From a virus (lineage: Duplodnaviria; Caudoviricetes): a DNA stretch of 27,168 nucleotides. The stretch spans positions 1 to 27,168 of the IMG/VR virus record IMGVR_UViG_3300049924_000271; one strand, given 5' to 3'. Both the position numbers and the translations under genes were made by a program. This document shows positions 24,299 to 27,168 of the stretch, piece after piece (positions within the stretch are counted from its first letter, which is position 1; the number at the start of each line of letters is the position of its first letter). Under the pieces are notes generated by a model. That model was not told the origin of the DNA and searched no databases. It was given only the letters and a program-made list of their open reading frames with translations.

Positions 24299-26264
24299 AA
24301 CTAGATCAGAGGCGGATTTAAAAAAAGTCGGGGGCGTGAAATATTCGCAAGACCCCTCGACCGAAATCCTTTGCGTTGGATACAAGATTGACGACGGTCC
24401 CGCGAAAATATGGACGGGCCTTTTGCCCGTGCCTCGAGATTTTCTAGAGGCCGCTCGCAATCCCAAATGCGTTTGGATTTCTCACAACGCTATCTTTGAA
24501 CAATGCATAACTGAAAACGTTTTAAGAAGAGCACTCCCTAATTTCCCTGCACTCCCGCCCGCGAGGTGGAAATGCACGGCGGCTAAATCTGCGGCCTATG
24601 CGCTCCCGCGCGCGCTCGAGGGCGCGTGCCTTGCGCTAGACTTGCCCGTAAAGAAAAACATGGACGGGCGCAGGCTCATGCTTCGTTATTCTAAACCCCG
24701 CCGCGCTTGGCTTACGTGGAAACAAAAAGGCCTAGAGCCGGGTTGGGTGAACGGCGAGCCCGATAAATATTTCGAGGACGAAGAGGGGCTTAACGGCGTC
24801 TATGATTATTGTGCGAATGACGTAGAGGCCGAATACTTACTTGATAAAGCGGTTCCAGATTTAATTCCAGTCGAGCGCGAGATTTGGCTCCTCAATCAAG
24901 CGATGAACTTGAGAGGTGTTCGCGTTGATACGGAGACCGCGCAAATAGTTTTGGATTTAATTAAGGTGCATGTCGGTGAACTAGAAAAGGAATTGCAAGA
25001 GCTTACCGACGGCGCGGTCACCACGGTTGGTCAGCGGGATAAACTTTTAGAGTGGCTCGAGGATAACGGAATCACGCTCCCTAACCTCGCAATCAAAACC
25101 GTATTGGAGAATTTAGATGCGCTTAAAACCGACACGTCGAAAGCGAAAAGGGTCCTCGAAATCCGAGCAGCACTCGCCAAATCCTCAACAAAGAAATATC
25201 AAGCTATTCTCGGGCGCGCTGGACGGAACGGGCGCGTTTGTGACATTGCCATGTATCACGGCGCGCACACCGGACGAGAATCTGGAACAGGCCTTCAATT
25301 ACAGAACTTACCTAGAGGAACTATCAAAGATACAGACAAAGCCATCAATGCTCTCCAAACCGGAGACGCTACTTGGATTAGAGCCCTTTACGGAAACCCT
25401 ATGGAAGTGTATTCGTCGTGTATCCGGGGCATGGTGAAAGCTTCCCCCAATCACCTGCTTTATGTCGCGGATTACAACGCGATTGAGGCGCGCGTCCTCG
25501 CGTGGCTCGCGGGCGATGAAAAGGCGCTAGAGAATTTTCGCAAAGGCCGCGACCCCTATGTCCTCATGGCCTGCGCTATTTTTAACGTGCGTCCGGAGGA
25601 CGTTACTTTTGAGCAACGCCAAATCGGAAAGATTGCCGAGCTTGGCCTCGGTTATCAAATGGGAGCGGCCAAGTTTATGCAAACGTGCATAAACTTTGGC
25701 GTCAAAGATATGACGCTAGAAATCGCGGAGCGCGCCGTTAAGACATACCGCGCAAAACATTCTCCTATCTCGGGTCTTTGGCCCCGGATGGAACGCGCGG
25801 CCATCGCCGCCGTCTCTCGCCCACAACGCGCCGTAAAGCTTAACCGCGTGGCCTGGGGCCGCGACAAACGCTCGCTATGGTGCGAGCTACCCTCCGGCCG
25901 CCGCATTCATTACCAAGCCCCGGAGATTCGCCAAGAGCCTGCGCCCTGGGGAGAATACCGGCCAAAACTCTATTATTGGAGCGTCAATTCTTTGACGAAA
26001 AAATGGGAGTGCTCGGCGTCATACGGTGGACTTTTAGTAGAAAATATCGTACAGGCGACCGCCCGTGACATCAACCTTTGGGCGGCCCTGCGTATGGAAA
26101 AAAAGGGCTATACCTTTCTCGCGCAAGTGCATGATGAATTGATTTCAGAAAGTCCCAAGGGTGACGTTTTAGAGTATGAGAAAATTTTGATGGAAGGTAA
26201 TCCTTGGTCTCGTGATTTACCCGTAGTAGCAAAAGGCTTTAGTAGCGAAAGGTATCGCAAGTGA
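24276..26264 (+). CDS. Phage family A DNA polymerase (APSE/SPO2-like) with 3'-5' exonuclease
   Basis: 'IDYET', 'HNA.FE', 'Y...DV', 'TGR.SG...QNL', 'ADY.AIEARV', 'RQ.GK...L..GY', 'ENIVQA.ARD', 'VHDE'. Confidence 0.96.
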   Translation: MQIVIDYETRSEADLKKVGGVKYSQDPSTEILCVGYKIDDGPAKIWTGLLPVPRDFLEAARNPKCVWISHNAIFEQCITENVLRRALPNFPALPPARWKCTAAKSAAYALPRALEGACLALDLPVKKNMDGRRLMLRYSKPRRAWLTWKQKGLEPGWVNGEPDKYFEDEEGLNGVYDYCANDVEAEYLLDKAVPDLIPVEREIWLLNQAMNLRGVRVDTETAQIVLDLIKVHVGELEKELQELTDGAVTTVGQRDKLLEWLEDNGITLPNLAIKTVLENLDALKTDTSKAKRVLEIRAALAKSSTKKYQAILGRAGRNGRVCDIAMYHGAHTGRESGTGLQLQNLPRGTIKDTDKAINALQTGDATWIRALYGNPMEVYSSCIRGMVKASPNHLLYVADYNAIEARVLAWLAGDEKALENFRKGRDPYVLMACAIFNVRPEDVTFEQRQIGKIAELGLGYQMGAAKFMQTCINFGVKDMTLEIAERAVKTYRAKHSPISGLWPRMERAAIAAVSRPQRAVKLNRVAWGRDKRSLWCELPSGRRIHYQAPEIRQEPAPWGEYRPKLYYWSVNSLTKKWECSASYGGLLVENIVQATARDINLWAALRMEKKGYTFLAQVHDELISESPKGDVLEYEKILMEGNPWSRDLPVVAKGFSSERYRK

Positions 26265-26386
26265 TTGAGTCCTTTCATAGCGGAATGGCAAGCGGCTTTT
26301 GGGCGTTCGGCGCGGTCACCGGGTTTTCTATAGCCGTGGCCGTTATTGTTTTTAATCATAGGCGTTTGGGACGCCGTTTTTTATAG
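26261..26386 (+). CDS. 41-aa membrane microprotein (not in ORF track)
   Basis: GTGA overlap with the polymerase stop; MIESFHSGMASGFWAFGAVTGFSIAVAVIVFNHRRLGRRFL. Confidence 0.55.
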   Translation: MIESFHSGMASGFWAFGAVTGFSIAVAVIVFNHRRLGRRFL

Positions 26387-26395
26387 GGGGAAAGC

Positions 26396-26857
26396 GTGAC
26401 CAAAAAAGGCTATATGGAAATGCATAAAGCACTGTGCGAAAAAATGATGGAAATCACGGCTCGGAAAAACGCCGACTATGCGGGGAGTGGAGAGGACCCT
26501 TTCGCCAACTTTCGGCAAATCGGATATCTCGTGCAATCACCTAACATAGTTGAGGTGGGGTTTCTTACGCGCATGTCGGATAAGCTTTCGAGAGTGGGGA
26601 GCTTCATTTCAAACGGCGAGCTAAAGGTAAAAGACGAGAGTGTCGAGGACACGCTTTTAGATTTGGCTAACTACTGCATTTTGTTTATAGGATATTTAAA
26701 ATCCAAAGCTCCCGCTACACCCCACTATGGGGAGACGGTTAGGGATTACGGCGGAGACGGCTCTAATTACCGCTCGCCCACGGGTTGCGGTGGTGTGCAA
26801 TACGTAGACCACCCTTTGGATTATAGAAACGCCACCGGCGTTGAGAAAAATTATTGA
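26396..26857 (+). CDS. DUF1599 / nucleotide modification associated domain 1 protein
   Basis: 'KNADY....DPFANF', 'RMSDK.SR', 'DESVEDTLLDLANY'. Confidence 0.85.
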   Translation: MTKKGYMEMHKALCEKMMEITARKNADYAGSGEDPFANFRQIGYLVQSPNIVEVGFLTRMSDKLSRVGSFISNGELKVKDESVEDTLLDLANYCILFIGYLKSKAPATPHYGETVRDYGGDGSNYRSPTGCGGVQYVDHPLDYRNATGVEKNY

Positions 26858-26904
26858 GCAAGCGCGAATGGACAATTAAAAATTACTAAGGGGAGAACGC
26901 AGCA

Positions 26905-27168
26905 ATGGAAAAGCAAAAGATTCTAGATCATTTATATACGGCCCGTTGGTGTCTTAACCAAGACCCGGCGAAGTCGGCGGCGGCAATGACCGAGGTCACT
27001 GCAATTATCAACGCGCTCACGGGGCAAGAGAGCGTGGAGATTATCGAGGACGACGGAACGGACATAAGAGACAAAGGGACTAAGGGGCATGACGACGTTA
27101 CTCGCGCGACCCTTGTCGTAATCGTAGGACATGAGAAAAAAGCGCCGGGCGCGGACTTCGCTCTAGGT
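26905..27168 (+). CDS. Partial CDS, probable N-acetylmuramoyl-L-alanine amidase (Amidase_3-type); runs off the window
   Basis: GGGGAG RBS; 88 open codons ending '...TLVVIVGHEKKAPGADFALG', matching the first Zn-ligand strand of Amidase_3. Confidence 0.5.
   Translation, partial: MEKQKILDHLYTARWCLNQDPAKSAAAMTEVTAIINALTGQESVEIIEDDGTDIRDKGTKGHDDVTRATLVVIVGHEKKAPGADFALG

Larger units (their letters stand above)
1..27168. mobile_element. Tailed bacteriophage (or prophage) genome segment: HK97-like head, siphovirus tail, APSE-like replication module
   Basis: Contiguous terminase-portal-protease-capsid-neck-tail genes plus phage-type PolA/SSB/helicase/primase; no host housekeeping genes. Confidence 0.97.

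Noticed and set aside
299-25061. CTCGAG seen about 20 times by eye, more than the ~7 expected
   Set aside because: Plausibly explained by Leu-Glu (CTC GAG) codon preference; no codon-aware null model could be run
221-27132. Numerous antisense or alternate-frame ORFs in the track (e.g. 1654-2034, 3283-3669, 19578-20018, 26932-27132)
   Set aside because: They overlap well-supported genes and lack RBS and motifs
1-27168. Gene transfer agent rather than phage
   Set aside because: Head and tail genes are GTA-like, but a full replication module and accessory genes are linked, indicating a true phage

Overview
The whole window is a fragment of a tailed dsDNA phage (siphovirus-type). No host genes, integrase, tRNA/rRNA or CRISPR are visible, and host and lifestyle cannot be determined. 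The left arm (minus strand, 25-11313) is a morphogenesis operon: ParB-fused DNA methyltransferase, TerS, TerL, portal fused to a MuF/gp7 domain, prohead protease, HK97-type capsid, decoration protein, head-tail joining genes, tail tube and a frameshifting tail chaperone. The middle (11434-16578) is accessory: metallophosphoesterase, a glycosyltransferase-like gene, a secreted protein, HNH and small ORFs. A probable origin and a Prim-Pol/VirE primase-helicase follow. The right arm (plus strand) is an APSE-like replication operon: SNF2 helicase, DUF2800 nuclease, DUF2815 SSB and family A polymerase. A GT9-like glycosyltransferase sits just before the polymerase, and a DUF1599/Nmad1 gene and a truncated probable amidase follow it. 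Most notable are a candidate glycosylation/nucleotide-modification system around the polymerase, a bistable-looking RNA element before the tail chaperone, a domain insertion in the tail tube, an unannotated membrane microprotein in the head module, and a shared R-[DG]-D-F motif in three replication proteins. All family assignments come from motif recognition by eye, not from database searches.
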